27,030 nt of DNA from NCBI GenBank assembly GCA_034408725.1, contig JAWXCN010000163.1, positions 1 to 27,030 on the forward strand, written 5' to 3'. Positions 7,570 to 16,604 of this stretch are shown here, in pieces. How positions within the stretch are numbered: position 1 is the stretch's first letter; each line of letters begins with the position of its first letter. Under the pieces are notes generated by a model. The model saw only the letters and a list, made by a program, of their open reading frames with translations, had not been told where the DNA came from and made no database searches. Origin of the DNA: Candidatus Hydrogenedentota bacterium. Its GTDB lineage: Bacteria > Hydrogenedentota > Hydrogenedentia > Hydrogenedentales > SLHB01. The translations under genes were made by a program, and so were the position numbers.

Positions 7570-10032
7570 ATGCTTGATGAGCAGTTTCTTCATTTAATCA
7601 GTAATCGGACGCGGGTGCCAGTTGCCAAAGTAACGAAGGTCATTGACCTGTTTGCCGGGGGTGCGACCATACCGTTTGTCGCGCGCTACCGGAAAGATGT
7701 CACGGGCAATCTCGACGAAGGGCATCTGGAAGCGATTGCCGAGCAGAGCGATTATTTCGCTGAATTGGCAAAACGGCGCGCTTTTATCCTGGATACTATA
7801 GAAAAACAGGACCAGCTTACGCCGGAACTCAAAGCATCCATACTGGGGTGCATGGATGCGACGGTGCTTGAGGACCTCTATCTCCCGTATAAAAAAGTGA
7901 AGCGCACAAAAGCCACCGTCGCCCGGGAAAAGGGTCTTCAGCCGCTGGCCGATTACATTTGGAAACAGGAATCCGAAGGGCAATCGCTGGAGCAGGTCGC
8001 GGAAGGGTACGTCCGCCCGGAAAAGGCCGTCCATTCGGCAGCCGATGCGCTGGAAGGCGCAAAACACATTCTCGCGGAGCACGTCGCCGTGGATACGGGT
8101 GCGCGCGCGCTCGTGCGGGATCGAATGCAAAAACGGGGTGCGATTGCAGCGCATCCAACCAAGAATTGCGAAGGCAAACACACGAAGTTTGAAGCGTACT
8201 ACGCCTTCTCCGAACCTGTCGCCAAAATACCGTCGCATCGCTATCTTGCCGTACACCGCGGCGTCAAGGACGGGTTCCTGCGCATGGAACTGGCGTTGGA
8301 CGACGCAGGTGTTATTGGCGAGTTGCAGGCGAAAAGCGTCAAGACCACCGATAGCGAATTTGCCCCGCATATAAACACGATCGTGGACGACGCGTACCAC
8401 CGGTTGTTGCGGCCCTCCATCGAAAATGAAGTGATCAGGCAGGTGCAGGAACGCGCCGACGCCGAGGCCATTCGCGTGTTTCGGGAGAACGCGCACAATT
8501 TGCTGTTGGCGCCACCCGCGGGGCCGATCACGGTTATCGGTGTTGATCCCGGGATGCGGACGGGTTGCAAACTCGCAGTGATCGATGGTTCTGGCGCGTT
8601 CGTTGAAAGCGCGACGATTTTTCCCACGCCTCCGCAGAACGATTACGAGAATTCGGAGAAAACTTTGCTGGCGCTGATCGAGAAGCACCAACCCCACGCG
8701 CTTGCAGTCGGGAACGGCACGGGTTCGCGGGAGGTTACCCGGTTTCTCCGGCAGATGCTTGCGAAGCTTGGCGGAAAAATTTTCATGGTGTTGGTGAACG
8801 AAGCCGGCGCGTCCATCTATTCTGCGTCGAAACTTGCGCGCGAGGAATTTCCGGCGCTGGATGTTACCGTGCGCGGCGCGGTGTCCATTGCCCGGCGTCT
8901 CCAGGACCCACTCGCTGAGCTTGTAAAGATTGAGCCACGCCACATCGGGGTCGGCCAGTATCAACACGATGTCAATCAACGGGCATTGCGAGATGGGATC
9001 GAACGTACGGTGGTGTCGTGCGTGAACGCCGTAGGCGTTGATCTCAATACGGCCTCCGCGCCGCTATTGAAACATGTGAGCGGTATTCAGACCGATGTCG
9101 CGGCGGGGATCGTGGCGTACCGCGTGGAACGCGGCGGGTTCAAGAATCGCAATCAGTTAATGGAAGTGCCTGGCATTGGCCCGAAGGTTTTTGAACAATG
9201 CGCCGGGTTTCTGCGCGTGCGCGGAGGAGACCAGCCACTCGACGCCACCGGTATTCATCCCGAAGCCTATCCTGTTGTTGAGCAATTGGCGCAACACCTT
9301 GCCGTATCTGTTGCCGCATTGCTGGATGCCCCCAATCGAATTGACGAAGTCTCGGCCGAAATTCCGCAGTCCGACATAATCGGCGCGCTGACACTAGATG
9401 ACATTCGCCATGAGCTCAAAAAGCCGGGGCGCGATCCCCGGAAAGAATTCAGGGCGCCCGCGTTTCTTGAGGGAGTGGATAGCGTTGAGACTTTGGCGGA
9501 AGGAATGGAGATCGAGGGTGTGGTGACGAACGTCACGGACTTCGGGGCGTTTGTAGACATCGGCGTTCACCAGGACGGCCTTGTGCATTTGTCCGAACTT
9601 GCGAACCGCTTCATTCAGGATCCGCGCGAAGTCGTCCGCGTGGGTGACGTTGTGCGGGTCAAGGTGATCAAGGTTGATAAGGCATTACCGCGGATTTCCC
9701 TGTCCATGAAAGCGCTGATTCCTGTCGAACAGCGCGCGCAGCCCGCGCGGCGGGAACGGCCAGCCGCTGATGCCCGTCCAGCCAATCAGCCCGCGAACGA
9801 AGGCCGGGAGCGCCGGCCAGAACGGCGGGATGATGCGCCGCGCACCCATCCGCCCCGCGACCGCCGGCCAAGTCGACGGGACAAGGCAACCGACGCGAAG
9901 TTGAAAGCGGTTACTCGCGGGGGTAAGGGAGGCGGACACGCGCCGGCGCCCCAGCCGGTGAGCGATGGCGCACTGGTGAATACGCAGCTTGCCGATCAAC
10001 TTGCGGCATTGCGCGAGAAACTGGGATCATAA
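7570..10032 (+). CDS. tex: Tex/YhgF RNA-binding transcriptional accessory protein (YqgF-like, HhH and S1 domains)
   Basis: GATIPFVARYRKDVTG, LEDLYLPYK, GVDPGMRTGCK, VNEAGASIYSAS, IARRLQDPLAELVKI, GVGQYQHDV and S1 motif NVTDFGAFVDIGVHQDGLVH. Confidence 0.96.
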   Translation: MLDEQFLHLISNRTRVPVAKVTKVIDLFAGGATIPFVARYRKDVTGNLDEGHLEAIAEQSDYFAELAKRRAFILDTIEKQDQLTPELKASILGCMDATVLEDLYLPYKKVKRTKATVAREKGLQPLADYIWKQESEGQSLEQVAEGYVRPEKAVHSAADALEGAKHILAEHVAVDTGARALVRDRMQKRGAIAAHPTKNCEGKHTKFEAYYAFSEPVAKIPSHRYLAVHRGVKDGFLRMELALDDAGVIGELQAKSVKTTDSEFAPHINTIVDDAYHRLLRPSIENEVIRQVQERADAEAIRVFRENAHNLLLAPPAGPITVIGVDPGMRTGCKLAVIDGSGAFVESATIFPTPPQNDYENSEKTLLALIEKHQPHALAVGNGTGSREVTRFLRQMLAKLGGKIFMVLVNEAGASIYSASKLAREEFPALDVTVRGAVSIARRLQDPLAELVKIEPRHIGVGQYQHDVNQRALRDGIERTVVSCVNAVGVDLNTASAPLLKHVSGIQTDVAAGIVAYRVERGGFKNRNQLMEVPGIGPKVFEQCAGFLRVRGGDQPLDATGIHPEAYPVVEQLAQHLAVSVAALLDAPNRIDEVSAEIPQSDIIGALTLDDIRHELKKPGRDPRKEFRAPAFLEGVDSVETLAEGMEIEGVVTNVTDFGAFVDIGVHQDGLVHLSELANRFIQDPREVVRVGDVVRVKVIKVDKALPRISLSMKALIPVEQRAQPARRERPAADARPANQPANEGRERRPERRDDAPRTHPPRDRRPSRRDKATDAKLKAVTRGGKGGGHAPAPQPVSDGALVNTQLADQLAALREKLGS

Positions 10033-10887
10033 TTGGCAGCGCACCGGGCACCGTCGTATGGAGGTCTCTGGCGCGAGGGCTTGAAGCGCGGCCTAAGCGC
10101 GCTGTTCCGGTCGCGGACGCGAAAACAACTGTTCTTCGCCATTAAAATGCTTCTTTGCCCAGTGGACTTATGGCGTTATGTCGAGTTCTCCGCACTTTTT
10201 GCCGCATACGGAAACGAGCAGCCCGTGCTCGACGTGGGCAGTCCCAAAGCGATGTCTACGCTTCTATGCCGTCAGATAGAAGGCCGCATCCACGCTTCGG
10301 ACATTGCATTCAGTCCGTTGATGGAATTCCGCGCGATGCTCGCGCGGAATGAACTGCGCACTATTGCACCGATACAAGGTGATGGTTGCAGGTTACCGTA
10401 CGGCGATCGCGTGTTTCCGTTCATTTACTCGATCAGCGCGATTGAGCATATCGGGGGCGAGGGTGACAGTCAGGCGGTCGCAGAAATGGCCCGCGTGTTG
10501 ACGCCGGGCGGCAGAATCTTTTTGACGGTTCCCCTTGTGCCGGCGTACCGAGAGCAGTGGGTGGACACGGACCCGTACGGAAAACAAGTGAGAAATGATT
10601 GTGGCAAGGTGTTCTTCAGCCGGTATTATGATTGGCGCGCACTACAGAACCGTGTGCTTGCGCCCTCGGGTCTGACGGTGCTTTCGATGTTTGCGTGGCA
10701 GGAACGTCACGCTGGCTGGTACGAATCGTATGCCGCTCGCACCGCGATTCCTTCGAGCGTTGTGTCCATCGCGATGAAATTCCTTGATCCGCTGTGGGCG
10801 AGTGCCCGCATTGAATCTGTTCCCGGCGGGCCTTCGGAACTTTCGCGTCATGGCGTAGCGGCAATCGTGCTTGGAAAGCCAGCGTGA
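10033..10887 (+). CDS. Class I SAM-dependent methyltransferase (Methyltransf_11-like)
   Basis: VLDVGS motif [19 protein letters not shown] and [13 protein letters not shown] start immediately after the tex stop (start uncertain). Confidence 0.8.
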   Translation: MAAHRAPSYGGLWREGLKRGLSALFRSRTRKQLFFAIKMLLCPVDLWRYVEFSALFAAYGNEQPVLDVGSPKAMSTLLCRQIEGRIHASDIAFSPLMEFRAMLARNELRTIAPIQGDGCRLPYGDRVFPFIYSISAIEHIGGEGDSQAVAEMARVLTPGGRIFLTVPLVPAYREQWVDTDPYGKQVRNDCGKVFFSRYYDWRALQNRVLAPSGLTVLSMFAWQERHAGWYESYAARTAIPSSVVSIAMKFLDPLWASARIESVPGGPSELSRHGVAAIVLGKPA

Positions 10888-10915
10888 GTTCATCGAGTAT
10901 GCAATGGGGGGTGAC

Positions 10916-12331
10916 ATGCCAATACCGAATCCAAAGTTCTCGCGCCGAATGTTTTTGGGCGCCAGCGCCGCGGGACTGTCCGCTGCCGTATTGAAGACGG
11001 GATCCGCCGAAACGCCTCAACGTCTCCCCAACTTTGTCGTAATCTTTACCGACGATCAGGGCTACGCCGACGTGGGCTGTTACGGCGCAGTCCGCATTAA
11101 AACGCCACGGTTGGACCAAATGGCGGCAGAGGGAGTGCGGCTCACGGATTTTTACGGCCAGCCCGTATGCACGCCTTCCCGTGCCGCATTGCTAACCGGA
11201 TGTTATCCGCAGCGTGTCGGACTTGCACATACGCCGCGCGGCGAATCCGCGCAGCAATACGCAAGCGTGTTGTTTCCCGATTCCAAGTGCGGCATCCACG
11301 CAGATGAAATCCTGCTTCCTGAGATGCTGAAGCAAAAGGGGTACGCGACCGCTTGTATTGGCAAATGGCATCTTGGCCATCTTCCGCCGTTTCTTCCCAC
11401 GCGCCACGGGTTTGACTACTACTATGGCATCCCGTACAGCAACGACATGAAACCCACGCCGTTGATGCGGATGGAGGAGAGCATTGAGGAACCGGCTGTC
11501 CAGGAAACCCTTACGGAACGATACACGGATGAGGCAGTACGGTTTATCCAGGATAACAAGGACAAGCCGTTTTTTCTCTACTTGCCGCATAACATGCCGC
11601 ACGTGCCGTTGCACGTTTCGGAGAAATGGCGGGGAAAATCCGAAGGTGGGCTGTACGGAGACGTGATCGAGTGTATTGACTGGAGCATTGGCCGCGTTCT
11701 GGACGCATTGAAGGACGCGGGCATCGATGACAACACGCTCGTTATGTTCACAACAGACAATGGACCGTGGCTTACGCGGGGCGAGGATGGGGGATACGCG
11801 ACACCATTGCGCAATGGCAAAGGGACAACGTATGAAGGCGGCGTGCGCGTGCCGTGCATTGCGCGATGGCCGAATCACATTCCGCCTGGAACGGTGTGCC
11901 GCGAAATGGCCGCGAACTTTGATCTTTACGCGACCTTTGCGCGACTTGCGGGGATCGAGGTTCCCGCGGACCGTGTGATCGATAGCCGCGACATTTGGCC
12001 GCTCCTTTCGGGAGAAGGCGACGTGACGTCTCCTCACGACAGATTTTATTACTATGGCCAGAACGAGTTGCATGGCGTGCGTAGCGGTGCATGGAAATTG
12101 CGCATTGAAATGCGTCAAGGAGATTCGGGCCGCCACATACCGCCGGATGCCGAAGTGCGCGAGGCACTGTATGATCTGAGCATCGACCTCGGAGAGCAAA
12201 AAGATGTTGCCAAAGACCATCCGGAGATCGTTGAACGGTTACGCGCACTGATGAATGAAGCGCGAGAGGACCTCGGAGACTCACGGACGAAGATGACGGG
12301 AAAAAATGTCCGGCCTTTCGGTATTGCCTGA
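10916..12331 (+). CDS. Tat-exported formylglycine-dependent arylsulfatase (family S1)
   Basis: Twin-arginine signal [24 protein letters not shown] formylglycine motif; [25 protein letters not shown]-rich RBS before ATG 10916. Confidence 0.93.
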   Translation: MPIPNPKFSRRMFLGASAAGLSAAVLKTGSAETPQRLPNFVVIFTDDQGYADVGCYGAVRIKTPRLDQMAAEGVRLTDFYGQPVCTPSRAALLTGCYPQRVGLAHTPRGESAQQYASVLFPDSKCGIHADEILLPEMLKQKGYATACIGKWHLGHLPPFLPTRHGFDYYYGIPYSNDMKPTPLMRMEESIEEPAVQETLTERYTDEAVRFIQDNKDKPFFLYLPHNMPHVPLHVSEKWRGKSEGGLYGDVIECIDWSIGRVLDALKDAGIDDNTLVMFTTDNGPWLTRGEDGGYATPLRNGKGTTYEGGVRVPCIARWPNHIPPGTVCREMAANFDLYATFARLAGIEVPADRVIDSRDIWPLLSGEGDVTSPHDRFYYYGQNELHGVRSGAWKLRIEMRQGDSGRHIPPDAEVREALYDLSIDLGEQKDVAKDHPEIVERLRALMNEAREDLGDSRTKMTGKNVRPFGIA

Positions 12332-12332
12332 A

Positions 12333-13316
12333 CTATTCCGGGTTATGGGGAAAAGTTTGGATGAAATCCACGACCAACGGCCGATGGTCACTGCCAGTGT
12401 GCGGACCAACGGCACAGCCGGTGACTTGCACGTCGCCGCGAAAGAGGAAGTGGTCTATGGGTATGAGGCGTTTGCGACCTGAAGAGTAGGTCGGAACAAT
12501 GCCGAAACCTTCGCGCGCATTTTTTAGATTTGCAGACTTGATCAAGTCGCGAAAGTAGGGAGACCACATTGTGACATTAAGGTCTCCCACCAAAACGCAG
12601 GGTCCTTCGATCGCATTCAGCCGCGCTGCACATTCCGCAAGCTGTTTATTGCGTTCCATAGCCCAATCTTTGCTAAATGGGGGAATGGTATGGGTAATCA
12701 TGACCGATAGGGGAGGTCCTCCGGCCTCTATCTCCGCCATCAGTGTCGGGTAAACGCCCTTTGTCATCCAAGACTGGTCGAGATCGTTCAATGGATAACG
12801 ACTGAACAGGGCTACGCCAAGCACGCCAGAATCGACAGAATGTATGCGATGTGGGTATTCCTCCAACAAATTTTGTAGCTCGATAAGGCGCTCTGGCGTT
12901 ACTTCCTGAAAAGCAATAACGTCTGGTTTTACCGTCCGAAGGGCGTTAAAAACGTTGCGGGGCCGGCTCGTGTCCCATTGGAGATTGACGCTCATGATGC
13001 GCAGGACTGGTCCGGAAAGGTGCTTTGTGGCCGGCGGGAAATAGTATGGGAGGATAAGCGTTGCGTGAAAGATGGTCACCAGTAAAACCAATCCGATCAG
13101 AATCGGCTTCCGGCGAAGGATAACAGAAATAAGGATTCCCGCGGATGCGATGAGGTACAGCGGCTCGAAACTCGTGGCGAGATCGATTGTCCAATGATAG
13201 CGAGCGCCCAGCAGGCCAATTGAGAAGAGAACGAGCGCAATCGATGCTATTGCCAGTAACGCATCGAACAATCCTGTTAAAATGCGGATCAGCGGGGTAG
13301 AAGCTGTAAGAGACAT
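12333..13316 (-). CDS. Membrane-anchored endonuclease/exonuclease/phosphatase (EEP) family protein
   Basis: About three N-terminal hydrophobic segments, then LRIMSVN, PDVIAFQE, FSRYPL, VLVGDLN, IDHFL and GSDHRPL; start at 13316 or GTG 13325. Confidence 0.85.
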   Translation of the reverse strand: MSLTASTPLIRILTGLFDALLAIASIALVLFSIGLLGARYHWTIDLATSFEPLYLIASAGILISVILRRKPILIGLVLLVTIFHATLILPYYFPPATKHLSGPVLRIMSVNLQWDTSRPRNVFNALRTVKPDVIAFQEVTPERLIELQNLLEEYPHRIHSVDSGVLGVALFSRYPLNDLDQSWMTKGVYPTLMAEIEAGGPPLSVMITHTIPPFSKDWAMERNKQLAECAARLNAIEGPCVLVGDLNVTMWSPYFRDLIKSANLKNAREGFGIVPTYSSGRKRLIPIDHFLFRGDVQVTGCAVGPHTGSDHRPLVVDFIQTFPHNPE

Positions 13317-13347
13317 CGTTGGCACCGGCTAAGCATAGAGATTAACA

Positions 13348-13578
13348 ATGATCATTGGCAAAGACGAACAACTTGTGCGGTATCTGTCATGGTTTTGGTG
13401 TGGCGTTTTGATCTTGTCTGGCGCTGCATCGAGCTGGATGATGGGCTCGATGATTCCACTGGGAATTGTGGCGGGAATTCTGGCACTGTGCGTGGTCGCA
13501 GCAGCAATTGCCATCGGGCCACTCATGGTGGTGGCGTATATTTCAGGCAAACGGAAGGGGGGATCCAAATCAGGCTAG
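13348..13578 (+). CDS. Putative small membrane protein (76 aa, two hydrophobic segments, basic C-terminus)
   Basis: Fills the gap between two minus-strand genes; hydrophobic runs followed by GKRKGGSKSG; weak RBS. Confidence 0.45.
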   Translation: MIIGKDEQLVRYLSWFWCGVLILSGAASSWMMGSMIPLGIVAGILALCVVAAAIAIGPLMVVAYISGKRKGGSKSG

Positions 13579-14102
13579 ACGCCTTCCTGCTGCAAGAAAA
13601 TGCCTTTGTCTACCTGCGAGAAAAACGTCTGGTAAAATTTAGCGTCATGGATGGGATAGGCCTGCATGGCGTTTCCGCCGGCGTCGAGTACCCGTTGCTG
13701 AAAATTCACGCGCACGCGGGTCTGCGTTTTTCCGAATTCACTGATATTGGCGGTGCAATCGAGGACGATGCTCGTGGAAAGCGCTGTTTCCTCCTTTTGT
13801 GCCTGCTTGATCTCTTTCCTGGTATGTTCAACGTTCGTCCATCTGTTCGCGGTGAGAAGGCCAAGATCGGTATCCGCGCTGTTCACGATAAAGCCCATGT
13901 CCTGCAGGACGTTTAGCACCGCTTTCATAACCAGTTTCCCGTCGTAGGTGTCGTACTCGCGCGTTTGGAAGGTTCGCATTTCCAATTGCGAGGGTTGCGG
14001 CGGGGGTGGATTATCCGAGATGCAGGAGGGAAAAAGCGTGCAGGCGATAAACATATACAACACGGTGCGGCAGCACATATGCCAGTGGGAAACGGCGGTC
14101 AT
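13575..14102 (-). CDS. Uncharacterised lipoprotein
   Basis: Hydrophobic N-terminus with lipobox-like FPSC and a Pro-rich tether; starts 2 nt after the upstream lipoprotein stop; start could be a few codons later. Confidence 0.75.
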   Translation of the reverse strand: MTAVSHWHMCCRTVLYMFIACTLFPSCISDNPPPPQPSQLEMRTFQTREYDTYDGKLVMKAVLNVLQDMGFIVNSADTDLGLLTANRWTNVEHTRKEIKQAQKEETALSTSIVLDCTANISEFGKTQTRVRVNFQQRVLDAGGNAMQAYPIHDAKFYQTFFSQVDKGIFLQQEGV

Positions 14103-14104
14103 CG

Positions 14105-14560
14105 TCAGAACGTGCTCGTGTGATACGAAAACGACTCGACCTTGTCTGCAGCATCGAACTTGATGATAACGGTCAAGGTGCGCTGGGTGGTCGCGGATGC
14201 GCCCTTCGATCCGCTGCGGCCCGCGCCGACGTTGCCGAGCACCAGGACGTCTCCGGGGACGCCCGCCGCTGATACGCTTCCCGCGATGTTCGAGTTGCTG
14301 TTTTTGTAGGACGCTTCCGAGGCGACCTTGTCATATACCCATGTTTCGACGCCTTCGGCGCTTCGGCGGACCATGTTTGGGGATCCCAGCGCGGCGAGGA
14401 CAGATGGGGAGTCCATGCCGACCCGGATTTCCTTCTGGACAACGCCGACAGTCATATTGCGTTGCTGTTCGGAATGAAGGTCGTTACGGGCGCACGATGC
14501 CAGCATCAGTATGAAGAGGAGAATAGAACTGCGTGAGCGAAACATAGAGTCCCTTTTCAT
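14105..14560 (-). CDS. SmpA/OmlA (BamE-like) domain lipoprotein
   Basis: Lipobox LASC; IRVGMD..SVLAALGSP...ETWVY...LTVIIKFD..DKV pattern typical of the BamE fold; start at 14560 or 14545. Confidence 0.75.
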   Translation of the reverse strand: MKRDSMFRSRSSILLFILMLASCARNDLHSEQQRNMTVGVVQKEIRVGMDSPSVLAALGSPNMVRRSAEGVETWVYDKVASEASYKNSNSNIAGSVSAAGVPGDVLVLGNVGAGRSGSKGASATTQRTLTVIIKFDAADKVESFSYHTSTF

Positions 14561-14685
14561 TACCTTACGCTGGCGGATCGAATGAAGAAGATTACGATGA
14601 CAAATGGCACCGCCATGACCAACCACCATTTGTTTTCGATGAGCCATACATAGATTTCGGCTGGGCTAATCATCGCAGGCGCTCC

Positions 14686-15414
14686 TTATTGTCCTGGTGT
14701 TGATGGGGGTGGGCTGTATTTGCGAAGGGCGCGTTGGCGCCATTGCTCCAATTCCTCGGGGGTTTCCGTGCCGGTTCGCGAATCGATGGCGGTGATAGTT
14801 GGGCGCGTCAGCAAGGTAGGGGCGCTTGCAATCGTGATAAAAGCGATGAGGAGACAAATTGAGCATGCACCAATGCCGTAGAAACATTTGATGCGGTCGG
14901 CAAAATATGCTTCATTGCGCAAGCCGATCCACGCCCATATCGCGGACAGTATGGCGAATACGAACAACAGGTAACCGGTCGCGAACGTCATCGCCCCGAA
15001 TGCCACGTGCCGGATACTTGGGAAGAGAAGGAGCACAACCCCCAGGCCAATTCCCGCCAGTGCGATGTACAGGCTCATCTGCCAGGGTTCAACGATCTTC
15101 CGGGCACTCGCGACGAGCGCCTGGTCGCTGACTGCTCCGGGTTCCGCGGCTGCGTTTTCCAATCCCGAAAAACTGGTGTCGCCGCCGCCGTGGTGCCGAT
15201 GCACGACTTCGGCCTTCAATGCTTCCCGCTTGGCGCGCCGCTCGTTATAACAGCCAATGCAGAGGACTTTGCCGCTTTTCGTGGTTTGTACGTGAGTCGG
15301 GCAGGACAATTTCCGGCATTGATCACACGGCATGCCGCAGTTTTCACAGAGCAGGCCATGGCACTCGACACAAAAACCAATGCTACTTCGAATATCGCAA
15401 ATATGGCATTCCAC
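14686..15414 (-). CDS. Hypothetical membrane protein with N-terminal multi-CxxC (B-box-like) zinc-binding region and three TM helices
   Basis: GTG 15414 with AAGGA RBS; CHIC, CVEC, CENC, CDQC, CPTH and CIGC; three C-terminal hydrophobic segments. Confidence 0.75.
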   Translation of the reverse strand: MECHICDIRSSIGFCVECHGLLCENCGMPCDQCRKLSCPTHVQTTKSGKVLCIGCYNERRAKREALKAEVVHRHHGGGDTSFSGLENAAAEPGAVSDQALVASARKIVEPWQMSLYIALAGIGLGVVLLLFPSIRHVAFGAMTFATGYLLFVFAILSAIWAWIGLRNEAYFADRIKCFYGIGACSICLLIAFITIASAPTLLTRPTITAIDSRTGTETPEELEQWRQRALRKYSPPPSTPGQ

Positions 15415-15450
15415 GGCCGCTAATCCTTTTTGGGCCCGATCCCCAAATCG

Positions 15451-15459
15451 AATGTAGCA
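15451..15459 (-). promoter_or_regulatory. Extended -10 promoter candidate for the zinc-finger membrane protein gene
   Basis: Minus strand TGC-TACATT about 37 nt upstream of the GTG. Confidence 0.4.
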
Positions 15460-15611
15460 TAGCTCTTGGCGGGTTGCAATGGAGTTGCCGGAAAAGCCGG
15501 TGTGAAAAATGAAAAGTCGCGGTGCGGAGGGGCGCCGCACCGCGAGGGAAGGGGAAGCAGGGTGTGTCAACTTCCCGTTGAGAGGCTGGTTAATAAAGGG
15601 GCGTTAGGGTG

Positions 15612-15833
15612 TTAATACCTGTAACGCGGTCCTGGTTTCATCAGCAAGGCGGCAATGATGTAGCCAACAACGACCGGGAAAAAACCGGTCAGAATGAATC
15701 CGATGACGGTGATCACGCGCGTGCAGAACACCGAAATGTCAAAATATTCCGCTGTACCGCGACAAACCCCGAAGAATACCCCGTCGCGAGACCGGTAAAG
15801 GCCCTGGCGGCCAGAATCGTATGTGTAGCCCAT
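15612..15833 (-). CDS. pspC: PspC-domain protein (short, 73 aa)
   Basis: LYRSRDGVFFGVCRGTAEYFDIS...R...YIIAALLM PspC signature; purine-rich RBS; downstream of pspA. Confidence 0.9.
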   Translation of the reverse strand: MGYTYDSGRQGLYRSRDGVFFGVCRGTAEYFDISVFCTRVITVIGFILTGFFPVVVGYIIAALLMKPGPRYRY

Positions 15834-15891
15834 CCGTGTTCCCTTCCTTCCTCATGCGGCCCAAGGCCGCGGACCTGCACCCACTGTTTCG

Positions 15892-16560
15892 TTAGCTTGC
15901 GCGCGCGGAAGAAGCACTCTTCAGCCGCTTCAGTTCGTTTTCAATTTCGTCGTCTTCGTCAAGCGATTCGATTTCATCACTCAAGGACATTGCCCGCACG
16001 GGACCCGCCAGTTCGGACTCGGCTTCCAGCCGGTTGATGCGATCTTCGACGTCGTCGAACCGATCAAATGCCACGGACGTCTCCATGCGCCGGATGTCGC
16101 CCTGGGCGCGGCGCTTTTTCACCGCATGAATGTGCCGTTGCACGAGGACACGCTGGCGCTCGCGAGCAGCGTTGAGTTTCTCTTCGAGTTGCGCCAGATC
16201 GCTCTGGTACTGGTCAATGACGCCCCCACACTGCGCCGATTCATTCTCGAGAGACTCGATCCGCTCTGAGTGCCTGCGCTTTTCGTGCAGGGCTTCGCGC
16301 GCGAGGTCATCCCGGCCCTTGTCAACGGCGCGTTGCGCACGTTCGGTCCATTCGCTCGTATTTGCGTGGGCGGTCTTGATGTCCTCTTCGATGCGGCGTT
16401 TGGCGGCCTTGGCGCCGGCGCAGGACGATTTCAGTTCGATGAGTGTGTCTTCCATCTCGCGCACCATGAGGCTGGCGATTTTCTCCGGGTCTTCGGCCTG
16501 ATCCAGCATAGCGTTGATATTCGAACTGATAATGTCTCGTGCCCGTGTGAAGATACCCAT
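15892..16560 (-). CDS. pspA: Phage shock protein A
   Basis: MGIFTRARDIISSNINAMLDQAEDPEK...MEDTL, KGRDDLAREAL, coiled coil and IENELKRLK; AGGAGG RBS before ATG 16560. Confidence 0.95.
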   Translation of the reverse strand: MGIFTRARDIISSNINAMLDQAEDPEKIASLMVREMEDTLIELKSSCAGAKAAKRRIEEDIKTAHANTSEWTERAQRAVDKGRDDLAREALHEKRRHSERIESLENESAQCGGVIDQYQSDLAQLEEKLNAARERQRVLVQRHIHAVKKRRAQGDIRRMETSVAFDRFDDVEDRINRLEAESELAGPVRAMSLSDEIESLDEDDEIENELKRLKSASSARAS

Positions 16561-16604
16561 TGTTCCTCCTTCGTCGTCAGCCATGACCCGGTTCGGGGCG
16601 GCAG

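Noticed and set aside
7594-8979. 461-aa antisense ORF over tex (similarly 3757..4737, 11192..12220, 17478..18593 and 23996..24820)
   Set aside because: Antisense shadows of well-supported genes, expected from codon bias
13329-13568. 79-aa minus-strand ORF as an alternative to 13348..13578
   Set aside because: No recognisable features; the plus-strand ORF has a more convincing membrane-protein pattern, although neither is proven
15415-15570. TTG-started extension of the zinc-finger membrane protein
   Set aside because: The RBS and extended -10 candidates lie inside it and point to GTG 15414
15834-15891. Hidden pspB between pspA and pspC
   Set aside because: The gap is only 58 nt; the longest self-contained start-to-stop frame I found is about 10 codons and is not hydrophobic
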